Source of the DNA: Octopus vulgaris
Taxonomy: Eukaryota
Reading direction: 5' to 3'
NCBI GenBank assembly: GCA_951406725.2
Contig: OX597825.1
Coordinates: forward strand, 16,306,001-16,370,000
Length of the DNA: 64,000 bases
Positions 29,094 to 42,604 of the stretch are shown piece by piece (the first letter of the stretch is position 1; each line of letters begins with the position of its first letter). A program made the translations under genes and the position numbers. The notes beneath the pieces are model-generated. The model saw nothing but the letters and a program-made list of their open reading frames with translations. It searched no databases and was not told where the DNA came from.

Positions 29094-29644
29094 GGCGCTT
29101 CTCTAGAAGCGCACCTCTCCAAGAAAATGACATTTACTTGTAAAAAAAGTTAGGAAAATGGGAAATATATTAAAAACAATCAAGAATTTGGAAACGTTAT
29201 TGTCAGGCCCCTCGTATCATTAATAATATCTGATACAAGTTATCGCCCCTTGTATCGTCCGACATGTTTGTTTATATTCGTGAGTGCCCGTTTACCGTGT
29301 TTTATTTTTTTGTATAAAATATTTTAAAATGATAATAAATCTTAGAGCGAGTCCGTGTGTATCATAAGTTGAAGACGGGAAGGATGGTTTCCCTTTGCAA
29401 ATACTGATAAGGCACAGAAAGTGTGTCTATAGCCAGCTGGAGGAGGTGTGCTCCTGGGGCTACAAACTACAGTAGCATCCACCCTTAGGGGTTAGCCATA
29501 TTTAAATGGCAAATATACGTCACGATATTTTAAAATAATTTTTTGCATATTTCATTTATTTTGGATATATCTTCCATTTTCCTAACTTTTTTTTTTACAA
29601 GTAAGCGTCATTTTCTTAGAGGGGAGCGCTTCTGAAGAAGCGCC
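29094..29644. mobile_element. MITE with ~105-bp terminal inverted repeats
   Basis: GGCGCTTCTCTAGAAGCGC...ACTTGTAAAAAAAGTTAGGAAAATGG (29094-29200) mirrors ~29535-29644; flanks are TA-rich. Confidence 0.8.
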
Positions 29645-30829
29645 TTATATATTTTTAAAATATCAACAGGAGTGGCTGTGTGGTAAGTAGCTTTTTGTGG
29701 GACTTCCATTCAAGAGGCGGGGACGTGAAGGACACAGCTGAAGACCTGTTTGAATAACGGTAAATCGATGCCTGGAGGAAAAGAGTGAATTCCAGGAGTT
29801 GACACTATAGAAAAGATTGGTTAAGTAAAAAGTTGATATATAAATATTGAGTTGTCAGATAAATTCGTTTGTTCCACCCCACTCCCTGCCACCATTTTTT
29901 AACAGAAAACATTTTAATCCTTTTCAATTTTATCTGAATTTAAGCAAAAAATAATTTTATTATGTTTTAATGCTTCATCGTTGTAGCTCTGATTTTCTCT
30001 ACAATTTTTATTTATCGCTTTTGAAAATAATAAAAAAAGCACTCCTTTTGAGACATATGACCATGAAGTGCGAAGTAGAAAAAAACGAAGAAAAGTAACC
30101 CCACCCTCAAAAAAGAAAAAAAAAACCCCAGTGAATTTAGGTATCTGACAAACCAATGTTTAACTGGTTTAAAAAAAATCTCATATACAAATTTTTATTG
30201 AAGAATTTAGACAAGACGCAAAAAGATAAAGAATAAAGCACTAAAGGAAAGGATTCAACTACAATATAAATAACCGATTCATGAGATGGATGAGGGTGGA
30301 GAAATGGGGTGGAGTGGGGGGACTCAGGGGAGGGGTTACATACGTGCGTTGGGCTGGGTTCCAAAAACCACGTATTTTACTATAACTCGTGTGTCGAAAA
30401 TATTGTATTTTCTCACCGTCAGTACTCTTCTGTTGCGACTGATTTTATACGGGTATGTTGCATCATAAACACACGTCAAAAACACCCTCCAAACACACAC
30501 ATATAAATACACACGTTTATATACACAATACGCACACGCACATAAAATATTAAACACGAACAGGTGTATAAATACACACATATACATAACTTCCGCTAAT
30601 CCTTCGCATGCTTGTGTCTTTAAACTTCATGTGAATGACATATTCGCTGGATGTAAAAGCTATCTGCCATTTTGGCTTGTACAAAATTCATGATTTAGGC
30701 CAATAGAAAATGCTTGTTAATCATATATCATCGGGTTCTTGGCTAATTTCGAAAAATAAGGCAATTCCGAAGAATTCAGACTTATATTTTGTCCGCAATC
30801 AATATAATTCCAGCTTTCGACAATACTTT

Positions 30830-30830
30830 T

Positions 30831-30861
<31 letters not shown>

Positions 30862-31458
30862 CTTCTTTTTTTTTTCTTTCTTTCTTTCTTTCTTCTTTTC
30901 TTTCTTTCTTTCTTTCTTTCTTTTTTTGTCTGTATATATATCTCTCTCTCGTTTTATCTCTCTCCCCCTCTTTCGTATTTCTTCTACCTCTGCTACCTCT
31001 GCTCTATTTAAATATGGTTGCAACGCCAAACAATCACCGCGAGCTACAACAACACCAGTGACAAGAACAACAACAACAAAAACCAAAGCAACAGCAACAG
31101 CAAAAGTAATAGTAGTAGTAGTAGTAATAGTAGTAGTAATAGTAGTAGTAGTGGTAATAGTAGTAGTAGTAGCAGCAACAGCAATAATAATGGCCGCCGC
31201 AGCAGCAATAACAGCAAAGAACCTACAACAACAACAACAAGGACAACAACAACAACAACAACCAACAGTGATATTGAAAGTGACAGCATCAACAGCTGAA
31301 ATAACCACGAAGCCACGACCACCACGACGACGACGACCACCACCACCACCACCACCACCACCACCACCAACAACAACAACGACACCTCAATCAGCTCAAT
31401 AACAGTAACAAAAGGAAAAAAGGAGAAAGATATAATAATAATAATGATAATAATAATA

Positions 31459-31489
<31 letters not shown>

Positions 31490-31540
31490 TGATAATAATA
31501 ATAATAGTAATAATAATAATAATAATAATGATAATAATAA
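30830..31540. repeat. Chain of TTTC, AAC, AGT, ACC and AAT microsatellites
   Basis: Read directly. Confidence 0.9.
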
Positions 31541-31798
31541 ATGTAAAAAATCAATGTTATGCAATTCTCGTTGCTCCGTTTCTAAAGCACAACTTGAAAC
31601 AATAGGATATATAGCCTGTAACATAATATTTTGATATATTATGCAGCGGCATGATTGAAAGTGTGAAGTCAAAGATTTTACATATATTGATGCTGACTTT
31701 TGGCACCGGAATTCAATGGCACAGACGCAAATCTACATGGAAACGAAAACGAAAATATCGCAATAAAGAATAAGGAAGAACAAACAAAAAGAAAAAAA

Positions 31799-31862
<64 letters not shown>

Positions 31863-32656
31863 TGAGAGAGGGAGAATTAAAGGAAGAAAGGAAGAGAAGG
31901 AAAATAAGGAGAATAAGAAGATGAAATAAATAGAGAGAAAAAGCCAGAACTAATAAATACACAATTTTCTTTGTCGTTTTTAACAACCGCGGCGGTGTGT
32001 TTGGAACGATGGCGGTGATGATGACTGTGGCGATGATGGTGGCGATGGTGATGATGGTGAGGATGGAGGTGATGGTGATGATGATGATGATGATGGCGAC
32101 AACAATAACAAAACTGAGACAAATAACATCGACAGCAACAACTGCAATAACACTGCCGCTACCGTTCCCCAGCGTCATCGCAACGACAACTGTACAATGA
32201 AAACATGCTATCGACGCAATAAAATGGGAATGAAATGGCGAGAATACGAGATACAGTTGTGCGTGCGTGTGCGCATGCGCATACGAGTGTGCGTGTGTGT
32301 GCGTATCTTTGTGTGTGTGTGTATATGTGTGTGTAAATGTGAATTAAATCGCTTAATTGTGTTGAAGGCAGCTCTTTAACTTTTTTCGCCAAGTGTTGGC
32401 GTAATAATCGTTTCATAAAAAGAGGCGCGACGGCCCACCACAAGTGCCTTTAATGAAGGGGCTGGGAAAAGAAAATGGCGTCCGAATCGCCGAGTGACTG
32501 TCCCTCAATACTTGACTGTTACTTTATTTTATCGACCCAGAGGCTATGCCGTCAAAATACACGGGAACATGGGTACCTCAAGGGTTTAGGGGCTCCAATT
32601 CCGATGTAAATATGGTGCGGCTTGCTGCCAATAAATAAATACTATGAGGCGCTGTG

Positions 32657-32882
32657 CATCTCAATCGAAGGAGAGGGGCTTTCTCCGTCCGGGTTGCGGA
32701 TCCGTGGAATAAGCTGCCGGACGAGATAGTGAAGATGTCGACGATCGCTCGGTTCAAAGTCTCCCTTGACCAGAAATGGCCTGAACTCTTTGCATGAACA
32801 CCACCCTGTAAATAATTCCATGTCTCCCTACATGGCCTTGCTTTTTGCTTTTTGAGCCAAAAAATTAACTTAACTTAACTTA
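32657..32882 (+). mobile_element. CR1-clade LINE 3' end with (TTAAC)n tail
   Basis: Similar to 46028-46251; encodes GAFSVRVADPWNKLP. Confidence 0.9.
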
Positions 32883-33039
32883 TAGACTCCTGCACAACGG
32901 GAGTCTATAATATTGCTAAGGTTGTTCTGCCCAGAAAGAAAAGAAAGCAAAGTTGAACTCGGCAGAGCTCAGAAAATAAAGGACTGCAACTAAATATTGT
33001 TCTCAAGTTTTGGCACAAGGACAGCATTTTCGGGAGAGT

Positions 33040-33248
33040 GGGGTAAATGGATTACATCGATTTCAGGACTCAAATAATACTTATGTTATTGACTCCGAAA
33101 GGATGAAAGGCAAAGTCGACATCGAACCACATGGTTCCGGGTTCAGTCCCACTGCGTGGCACCTTGGGTAAGTGTCTTCTACTATAGCCTCGGGCCGACC
33201 AAAGCCTTGTGAGTGGATTTGGTAGACGGAAACTGAAAGAAGCCCGTC

Positions 33249-33289
<41 letters not shown>

Positions 33290-33612
33290 TATGTGTGCGT
33301 GTTTGTGTGTCTGTTTGTACCCCTAACATCGCTTGACAACCGATGCTGGTGTGTTTACGTCCCCGTTACTAAAAGGTTCGGCAAAAAATAGACCGATAAA
33401 ATAAGTACTAGGCTTACAAAGAATAAGTCCCGGGGTCGATTTGCTCGACTAAAGGCGGTGCTCCAGCATGGCCGCAGTCAAATGACTGAAACAAGTAAAA
33501 GAGTAAAAGAGTAAAGAGTAATCGGTGGAATTTGAACTCAGAACGTAAAGACGGGCGAAATTCCTCTAAGCATTTCGGCCGACGTACTAACGATTCTGTC
33601 AGCTCGCCGCCT
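33040..33612. mobile_element. SINE B (minus) split by a SINE A insertion (33125-33520, plus)
   Basis: The B body stops at GTCGACATCG and resumes at ATCGGTGGAATTTGAACTC after the A tail. Confidence 0.85.
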
Positions 33613-33669
33613 AAATGATAATAATCCCTTATGCTAAAGGCGCAAAACCTGAAATTTGGAGCGGGGGAC

Positions 33670-33838
33670 TTGTCGATTACATCGACCTCAGTGTTTCACT
33701 GGTACATGTTTTATCGACCCCGAAAGGATGAAAGGCGAAGTCGACCACGGCGGTATTTGAACTCAGAACCTGAAGACGGACGAAATTCTGCTAAGCATTT
33801 TGTCCGGCGTGCTAACGATTCTGCCGGCTCGCCACCTT
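33670..33838 (-). mobile_element. SINE B-related copy
   Basis: Matches the type B head and central domain. Confidence 0.8.
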
Positions 33839-33944
33839 ACCTGTAACAAAATATTAAAACAACAATATTCTAAATACTAAAATTAAGTTCTTATTAATGA
33901 AAAAGCTCCCTTAATATTAAAAAAAAACGCACTTGAAATTATAT

Positions 33945-34260
33945 GTTAATTCCTTTGACTCCATATGGAGCATAGGGCGGTGACAAGAGATCTCCATCTT
34001 TCTTAAATCTTGGCAACGGATTGCAGTTGTCCCCAGGTGTAGCCGAACCTGCCAATTTTTCAGTTTCTGTGAACCTTCTTTATATTCTTTTTCGTCTGCC
34101 ACCCTTCTGCTTCTTTTGGGTTGTCTGTCAGAGGGTTTGTCTTGTAATGTTGGCAACAGGTTGTCTTTAATTGTGTCCAGCCAACCCCATATCTTTTTTT
34201 TTTTATCTGGGTTTCGATAAGTTGCTGGTTCACCGTCCTCCCATATTTTTTTCTCGAGCC
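33945..34260 (-). mobile_element. Degenerate RTE-clade LINE 3' end
   Basis: Frameshifted minus translation includes WGWLDT, NITRQTL and QDLRKM, resembling the RTE C-terminus (WIGHTLR..NITRQAL..AQDR). Confidence 0.6.
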
Positions 34261-34796
34261 CTATGACTTACAAGAACGGTTGTCTAGTTCCCACGGCATA
34301 TAAGCTACTGAAATCACAATATTACTCCCGAACGGGACGCCGGTAACTTGTAGGGTTCAAGACCAGTTATTTTGATGGGAGAGGACAAGTCAATTACCCC
34401 GATCTCGAGTATTTGACTTGTACTTTATTTTATCGACCCCGCAGAGATGTAAAGTAAAGTTGGCCTACACACGATTTGAATGTAAATGCTGGAAGAAATG
34501 CCGCTATGCATTTTAGCCGGCATGCTAACGATTTTACCAGCCCTCAGTACTCTAACTTAATTATTGAAATAGCACTAATTAATGAAATAACATTTCAATT
34601 ACTAAAATAATTTTCTAATTACTGAAGTAATTTTGTGTTCTGCATTCGAATTCAACCAATGTGGACTTTGCTTTCATCCCTCCAGAATCGAAGAAATAAA
34701 AATCAGTTAAGTTTAGAATTTACTCAATTTAGCTGACTGCTTCCGTTTCCCTCAAAGTATAGTCATATGATTTAGTTAGAAACCAATATTAGAGTA

Positions 34797-35387
34797 CAGT
34801 AATTCCTCGGCTATCACGGGTGTTACGTTTCAAGACCTCCCACAGAAATAATTAAAATCTAAAAAAAATATATCTATCGGCCGTAGAAATCCGGATATAC
34901 TGAGAAACCTGCGATATAAATTTACGTATATTAGCTAGAAAAATCTGCGATGTACTCAGTGTGCGATAGGTGAACCGCGATGTACTGAGGGCGCGAGAGG
35001 TAAATCGCGATGTACTGAGTACGCGATAGGTGAACTGAATGTACTGAATGCGCGATAGGTGAACCGCGATGTACTGAATGCGTGATAGGTGAACCGCGAA
35101 GTACTGAGAGTGTCATAGGTAAACCGCGATGTACTGAGGGCGCGATAAGTGAACCGCGATGTACTGAGGGCGTGATAGATGAACCACAATGTACTGAGGG
35201 CGTGATAGGGGAACCGCAAAGTTCTGAGGGTACGATAAGTGAACCGCGATTTACTGAGGGCGTGACAGATAAACCACAATGTACTGAGGGCGTGATAGGT
35301 GAACCGTGAAGTTCTGAGGGTGTGATAGGTGAACCGTGAAGTACTGAGGGCGCGATAGGTGAACCGCGATATGGCGAGAGATTACTG
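34797..35387 (+). mobile_element. Tigger/pogo-like MITE with TA TSD carrying a 30-bp minisatellite
   Basis: TA|CAGTAATTCCTCG...CGAGAGATTACTG|TA; unit GTACTGAGGGCGCGATAGGTGAACCGCGAT repeats about 14 times at 34950-35370. Confidence 0.9.
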
Positions 35388-35602
35388 TATTAAAATAGAA
35401 TCAACTGAACCCCAAAATTTGTGGTACGCTCCAAGAAGAAAGCTTCTTCGTATGTTCCGTTTACTCCAGTTTCCCCCACAGAGCTTTGGTTGATCTGAGG
35501 CTATCGTAAAAAAAACCCCCCAAAAACAATTGTTCAAGGTGCCATGTAGCAGAGTAGAACCCGCTACCGCGTGACTGTGAAACAAACTTCTTAATCACTC
35601 GT

Positions 35603-35652
<50 letters not shown>

Positions 35653-36329
35653 CCTTGCAATACACCCACACCCACTTCCATGCATAAACCCACATCCACA
35701 CAAACGCACTCCCATTCATACACCTATACACACGCGCGTGGACGCACATACACAACCACACACACACGCATACGCTTGCACACACACACACACACACACA
35801 CACACGCAGATATACATATACACTCACACTGTCACACACAAACACACATACACACACACACACACACACACGGTACTTAACTAATTGATTTTTAAATTCG
35901 GAACTAGGCAATAATTTTTTTTTTTCCAGAAAAGGTGCGGTCGATTTAAACAATGCCATTACTTAATTAATTATTTGTGCTTTATGTTAATGGCCCTGAA
36001 AAGATGTTAATGTCAGCACTGGCACGACCTAAAGCCAATTAATAAAGGGACATAACTCAATTCAGCAAAGAACGGAAACAAACCAGCACCGGCTATCAAA
36101 CGGTTTTGAGGGAACAAGCATAAACACATCGAGCGGTTGTGGGGACAAACACAGACGCAAACACAAACACAGACACACACACACACATTCATATAAATAT
36201 ATACGACGGGCTTCTTTCAGTTTCCGGTAGTCAAATCCACTTGGGGATTTGGTCAACCCAGGGCTAAAGTAGACGGCACCATGTGGTTGGGAAGGAAGCT
36301 TCTTACCACACAACCACGCATGCGCCTAT

Positions 36330-37300
36330 ATAATGTATGTATGTATGTATGCATGGATGTGTGTGTATGTATGCAGCGTGTACGATTGTATATATGTATG
36401 TATGTGTGAGTGTGCGTGTATGTATGTGTGTGTATGTATCTATATATGCATGCTTGTACGTATGTATGTACGTATGTATATACATATGTATGTATGCATG
36501 CATTGATGCATGTGTATGTATGCAGTGAACATGACTGTATATACGTATGTGTATGCGCATGTATGTATGTATTAAGACATGCATGCATCCATGTATGTAT
36601 ACATTTATGTATGTATGCATGTATATGTGTGTGTATGTATGCGGCATACATGGTTGTATGTATGTATGTGCATGTATGTTTCTTTATGTATGCATACATG
36701 TATGTATGTGTGTGCATGTATGTGTATGTATGTATGCATGCATGTATGTATGTATGCATGCATGTATGTATGTATGTATGTATGTATGTGTGTGTATGTA
36801 TGTATGTATGTATGTATGTATGTGTGTATGTATGCATATATGCATATATGCATGCCTGTATTTATGTATCCGTGTGTGTATGTATGTATATGTGTGCATG
36901 TAACTATTTATGTATTCGTATGTGTATGCATGTATGTGTGTGTATGTATATATGCTGTATTTATGTATGTATGCGTGTATGTATGCATGTATGTATATAT
37001 GCCTGTATTTATGTATTCGAGTGTGTATGTATGTGTGTGCTTGTATTCATGTATTGGTGACTGATTGTCTATCTATCTATCTGTATGTATGTATTCGTAT
37101 CTGTCTGTCTGTATTCATGTATGTATGCGCATATGTATGTATATATTTGTGTATGTATGCATGTATGTATTTGTGTCTGTCTGTACGTATGTATGCGTAT
37201 ATGTATGCATGTATGCATTCGTGTATGTATGTATGTATGTATTATGTATGTATGTTTGTATGTATGTATGTATGTATGCATATATGTATGTATGTATGTA
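36330..37300. repeat. Degenerate (TATG)n
   Basis: Read directly. Confidence 0.95.
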
Positions 37301-37329
37301 AAAGTCTCAATGTGAATTTGCATGAAAAT

Positions 37330-37532
37330 CTATATGCACAACCCTATTTAACATGTAACGGATGTAGGCGTGTCTGCCTAAGTAACACAGGCCTTAGATA
37401 TCACCAGGAAAATCACACAGACACATGCAATGTACTTGTTGACTATGCATTATACGCCATCACCAATTTCAAGGAGTGTGGAAAAGAATGAGCACCAGGG
37501 GGCGGACTGAAACTCCATATGAAGATTCACCA
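37330..37532 (+). pseudogene. Two degenerate C2H2-like zinc fingers, probably the C-terminal end of an RTE LINE
   Basis: LTCNGCRRVCLSNTGLRYHQENH, then KECGKE*...GGLKLHMKIH with a stop; no splice context. Confidence 0.55.
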
Positions 37533-37559
37533 AATTAATATTGTAATACCTGCTGTAGA

Positions 37560-38120
37560 GGCGGCGAGCTGGCAGAAACTTTAGCAAGCCGGGCGGGCGA
37601 AATGCTTAGCGGTATTTCGTCTGCTGTTACGTTCTGAGTTCAAATTCCGCCGAGGTCGACTTTGCCTTTCATCCTTTCGGGGTCGATAAATTAAGTACCA
37701 GCTACGCACTGGGGTCGATATAATCGACTTAATCCGTTTGTCTGTACTTGTTCGTCCCCTCTGTGTTTAGCCCCTTGTGGGTAGTAAAGAAAGAGGTATT
37801 TCGTCTGCAGTTACGTTCTGAGTTCAAATTCCGCCGAGGTCGACTTTGCATTTCATCCTTTCGGGGTCGATTAAATAAGTACCAGTTATGCACTGGTGTC
37901 GATATAATCGACTTAATCCCTTTGTCTGCCTGTACCTGTATTTCAAAGGGCCAGCCTTGTCACACTCTGTGTCAGTCATGCTGAATCTTCCCGAGAATTA
38001 CGTTAAGGGTACACGTGTCTGTGGAGTGCTCAGTCATTTGCACGTTAATTTCATGAGCAGGCTGTTCTGTTGATCGGATCAACTGGAACCCTCGTCGTCG
38101 TAACCGACGGAGTGCCAACA
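37560..38120 (+). mobile_element. SINE B (head plus two bodies) joined to the 3' half of SINE C (37930-38120)
   Basis: Matches both sequences. Confidence 0.85.
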
Positions 38121-38429
38121 ATGTATGCATGCATGCATGTATGTATGTATGTATGTATGTATGTATGCATGCATGTATGTAAGTTCTCTTCTATTTTTAA
38201 TCATTTAAAATTCTTCTCGGAGGAAGAAGCTGGTCTTTAACAAAGATGCAAAGCGTCATCCATGAAATAGGGATAAGAAGGACAATTATCAGGTTTTAAA
38301 CTTGAGAAAAGTCTTGAATATTTTTATTGTTCCACTTACAGATTGTAGGAAAGTGCAAATAAATGAATAAAATATGCATTGAGAAAGCTTTCATTTGTTT
38401 GTTTAATCTTACACACATATGTATTACTT

Positions 38430-38854
38430 ACTTTACTTTTACTTTTACTTGCTTCAGTCGTTTGACTGCGGCCATGCTGGAGCACCGCCTTTAGTCGAGC
38501 AAATCGACCCCGGACTTATTCTTTGTCAGCCCAGTACTTATTCTATCGGTCACTTTTGCCGAACCGCTAAGTGACGGGGACATAAACACACCAGCATCAG
38601 TTGTCAAGCAATGCTAGGGGGACAAACACAGACACACAAGCATATACACACACATACATGCATATATACATATATATATACACATATATACGACAGGCTT
38701 CTTTCAGTTTCCGTCTACCAAATCCACTCACAAGGCATTGATCGACCCGAGGCTATAGCAGAAGACACTTGCCCAAGGTGCCACGCAGTGGGACTGAACC
38801 CGGAACCATGTGGTTGGTAAGCAAGCTACTTACCACACAGCCACTCCTGCGCCT
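38430..38854 (-). mobile_element. SINE type A, full length
   Basis: Near-identical to the other type A copies. Confidence 0.9.
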
Positions 38855-38973
38855 ATGTGCATATTATATAATTATATATGTATGTTCGTTGTTTTCGTAC
38901 ACGTATGCATGTATTGATGCATGTATGCATGTATGTATGTATGCATGTTTATGTGCTTGTATGTATGTATACA

Positions 38974-39007
<34 letters not shown>

Positions 39008-39798
39008 CATGTCATAATATGAAATGTATAATATATTTTTATCATTTCTCAATTCAAAGTCAAACGCATACCCGTACACGCGTATACATACGCACACACC
39101 TTTCGCACATACAGACATACACACACATACACACGTACAAAAGCCCAAACACACACATATACATATACACAAACACATAAACATAAGACATACACACATA
39201 CACACATGTATACGTAACTGTACACAATCCAATAACTCAACGTTTCTTGTGAAGAAAGCATTTTACATTAGACGCAATCACTGCTTCTTCTTCTTTGTAC
39301 CGCCCACCGATGCAGCTAAAGAAGTATTTTAGCCGTGTTTTATATTTCATTGTTAAAAAGCAAGCACATATCTTTGTTTGCAATAATTTGAGTGAAAGTC
39401 ACTGAACCTTTCTATGCTTTATCTGTCTTGCTTAGAATAAGATTTAATCAAATTTTCAGATCTAAATGTTCCCATGGACAAGGTCTATTTTGTATCTACA
39501 ATTTTATGCATTCTATTTGTATAGCGTCATTGATTTTCTTTTCCGCTGAAGCAATATATGCCAACAAGACATGAAACAAATCACAGAAAATAATGGTCAT
39601 AATCTAAATGTGTTTCGCCAGCCGTTGAATAGGATGACCATAATGTGTTATTTATCACAACGCCGTTACCAATGAAAATCTGAGCGAAAGCTTCTTAGCA
39701 TGATTACAAGACAGCTTCAAAATGACGAATCTCCATTGATTGCCATTTATTTACAATTGTCTCAATGCGGGTCATCGAGGGGAGCCTCGCAAAATGGT

Positions 39799-40930
39799 CG
39801 CTCGATCTGCTAGATATAACAGTCAAATCTCCCTCAAACTGCGTTCCCACTGTATTTCAAAAATAAGCGCTCGATCTGCTGAAAATATCAGCTAAATTTC
39901 CCCCAAACAGCATTCCACCGTATTTCAAAAATAAGCGCTCGATCTGCTGGAAATATCAGCTAAATCTCCCTCAAACTGCAGTCCCACGCATTTCAACAAT
40001 AAACACCCGATGTGCTAGAAATATCAGTCAAATCTCCCTCAAACTGCATTCCACTGTATTTCAAAAATAAGCGCTTGATATGCTAAAAGTATCAGCTAAA
40101 TCTCCCTCAAACTGCAGTCCCTTGCATTTCAACAATAAACACCCGATATGCTAGAAATATCAGTCAAATCTCCCTCAAACTGCATTCCACTGTATTTCAA
40201 AAATAAGCGCTTGATATGCTAAAAGTATCAGCTAAATCTCCCTCAAACTGCAGTCCCTCGCATTTCAACAATAAACACCCGATATGCTAGAAATGTCAGT
40301 CAAATCTCCCTCAAACTGCATTCCACTGTATTTCAAAAATAAGCGCTCGATATACTAAAAATATCAGCTAAATCTCCCTCAAACCGCAGTCCCTCGCAAT
40401 TCAACAATAAACACCCGATATGCTAGAAATGTCAGTCAAATCTCCCTCAAATTGCATTCCACTGTATTTCAAAAATAAGCGCTCGATCTGCTGGAAATAT
40501 CAGCTAAATTTCCCTCAAACTGCATTCCACTGTATTTCCAAAATAAGCGCTCAATATGCTAAAAGTATCAGCTAAATCTCCCTCAAACCGCAGTCCCTCG
40601 CATTTCAACAATAAACACCCGATATGCTAGAAATATCAGTCAAATCTCCCTCAAAATGCATTCCACTGTATTTCAAAAATAAGCGCGTGATCTGCTGGAA
40701 ATATCAGCTAAATTTCCCTCAAACTGCGCTCCACTGTATTTCATAAATAAGCGCTTGATATGCTAAAAGTATCAGCTAAATCTCCCTCAAACCGCAGTCT
40801 CTCGCATTTCAACAATAAACACTCGACATGCTAGAAATATCAGTCAAATCTCCGCCAAAACGCACTCCACCACAACATTTTAAAAATAAGCGCTTGATCT
40901 GCTAGAAATATTAGCTAAATCACCCTTAAA
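39799..40930. repeat. 68-bp minisatellite, about 16-17 copies, with two alternating variants
   Basis: Unit GCTCGATCTGCTGGAAATATCAGCTAAATCTCCCTCAAACTGCATTCCACTGTATTTCAAAAATAAGC; a 136-bp dimer period is visible (40021 vs 40157). Confidence 0.95.
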
Positions 40931-41065
40931 CAGCACCCTATCGGATTTCAAAATTATGATGTAGTAAATAATGTAGTCCGGAGAACACAGTGTTTGAATA
41001 AAACAACAGGACTATCGAGATTAGAACGCCTTTGTTTCTGGCGATAAACAACAGCAGCAACAACA

Positions 41066-41434
41066 GTGGAGGCACAATGGCCCAATGGTTAGGGCAGCGG
41101 ACTCGCGGTAGGAGGATCGCGGTTTCGATTCCCAGACCGGGCGTTGTGTGTGTTTATTGAGCGAAAACACCTAAAGCTCCAAGAGGCTCCGGCAGGGGTG
41201 GGTGGCGACCCCTGTTGTACTCTTTTCGCTCCAACTTTCTCTCACTCTTTCTTCCTGTTTCTTGTCCCCGACTTCCTACGCAACCGCTGAGCCTGGATGC
41301 GCATTCATCCATCCGTCGATGCTCTCGGTGTCGGGGGTTGACCTGCTTTCTCTTCTGCGGGTCTTACGAATAGCAAAGGACTACGTTTCGGACTTCCTCT
41401 CACTACAGAAGACAGCTTCGCCTAACCGCAACAG
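41066..41434 (+). mobile_element. SINE with type C head and a different, structured 3' module; 18-bp TSD
   Basis: TSD CAACAGCAGCAACAACAG at 41049-41066 and 41435-41452. Confidence 0.85.
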
Positions 41435-42604
41435 CAACAGCAGCAACAACAGCGGCAAAACACAAGCATGCTAAATACGAGATTCATTTATGTTCGGCCA
41501 TTTTTACGAGGAGTTCATCTGTCTTTTTCTGTCTAAATAAATTACTGTTACAATGTTGTTTTGTTTTTGGAATGGTGTATCTCGAATACCCTATGAATAT
41601 ATGCATTTAAATATTGGATTGCAGAACCCTTTTGGATCGAAAAAAGCCGATGTTGCTGGCAGAAATTATTCATAGATTTATGGGTGTGTCTCTCTGATGT
41701 TTATAAAATTCTTATGACGTCAACAATTACTGTTATTTAAGTTATTTAGCAAGATGGTCCGATAATTATAGAAGAGGTGAATAATGTTATTGAATATCTT
41801 GTGTCGAAATCTCAGCTGTATTCGCATCTGATTGGTCACACTGAAACATGTCTTTCATTGGTTGAACCAACTATTACGTTGTTGTTGATCGAGAAAAACT
41901 ACTTAGAAGATCGAAATAATAGGCGTGGCTCACAGATATTGTTTTTCTAGTTCTACAATGCATCTTCCTAACTAAAAACCAGACTTCACACTCCGAAATA
42001 CATTCACGAATTATATAAGGTGGGACAGTGTGGTATGCGACTAGGTGTCAACGTCAAATTCATACTCCATTGATACCAGATCTTTGCCAGATAGATCACC
42101 GCATGACTTATCCACATAATCCGTAGTTAATCGTACATAGTAGAGAGAGGAATTACAAAGATGTTGCGTCGTTCCTACTGCTTTACGTCTGTTGAAGGTT
42201 TCCAAGACGGCGAGCTGGTAGAATTCTTAGCAAGTCGGGCAAAATGCTAAGCAGTATTTCCTCCGGTTCTTTACGTTCTGAGTTCAAGTCCTGCTGAGGT
42301 CAACCTTTTTCTATTTACAGTTCATCCCTTCAAGGTCGATAAATAAAGTACCATTCAAATATTGAGGTCAATGAAATCACTACTATTTACTTTCCAAGTT
42401 TTCTTAGAACAGTGAAAGATCAGTTTTCCTGGAAAGAAGCAACAGAGTTATTAATAAGAACGGTTGAAATTAATGCGTGAAAGATTTCACAACTCTAGCA
42501 TCAGTCCTTCATAGTCAGCCTATGAACATTTCAGCCCACCCTCGCACATACATGCAGAAATACATAGATACATACATGAATATATAGATACTTAGATAAT
42601 ACAT

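Noticed and set aside
37330-37532. Member of the octopus C2H2 zinc-finger gene expansion
   Set aside because: There are no TGEKP linkers, it contains a stop, and it fits an RTE C-terminus better.
41370-41420. Hammerhead-like GTCCGAAACGTAGTCC on the minus strand
   Set aside because: No CUGANGA core and no matching stem I upstream.
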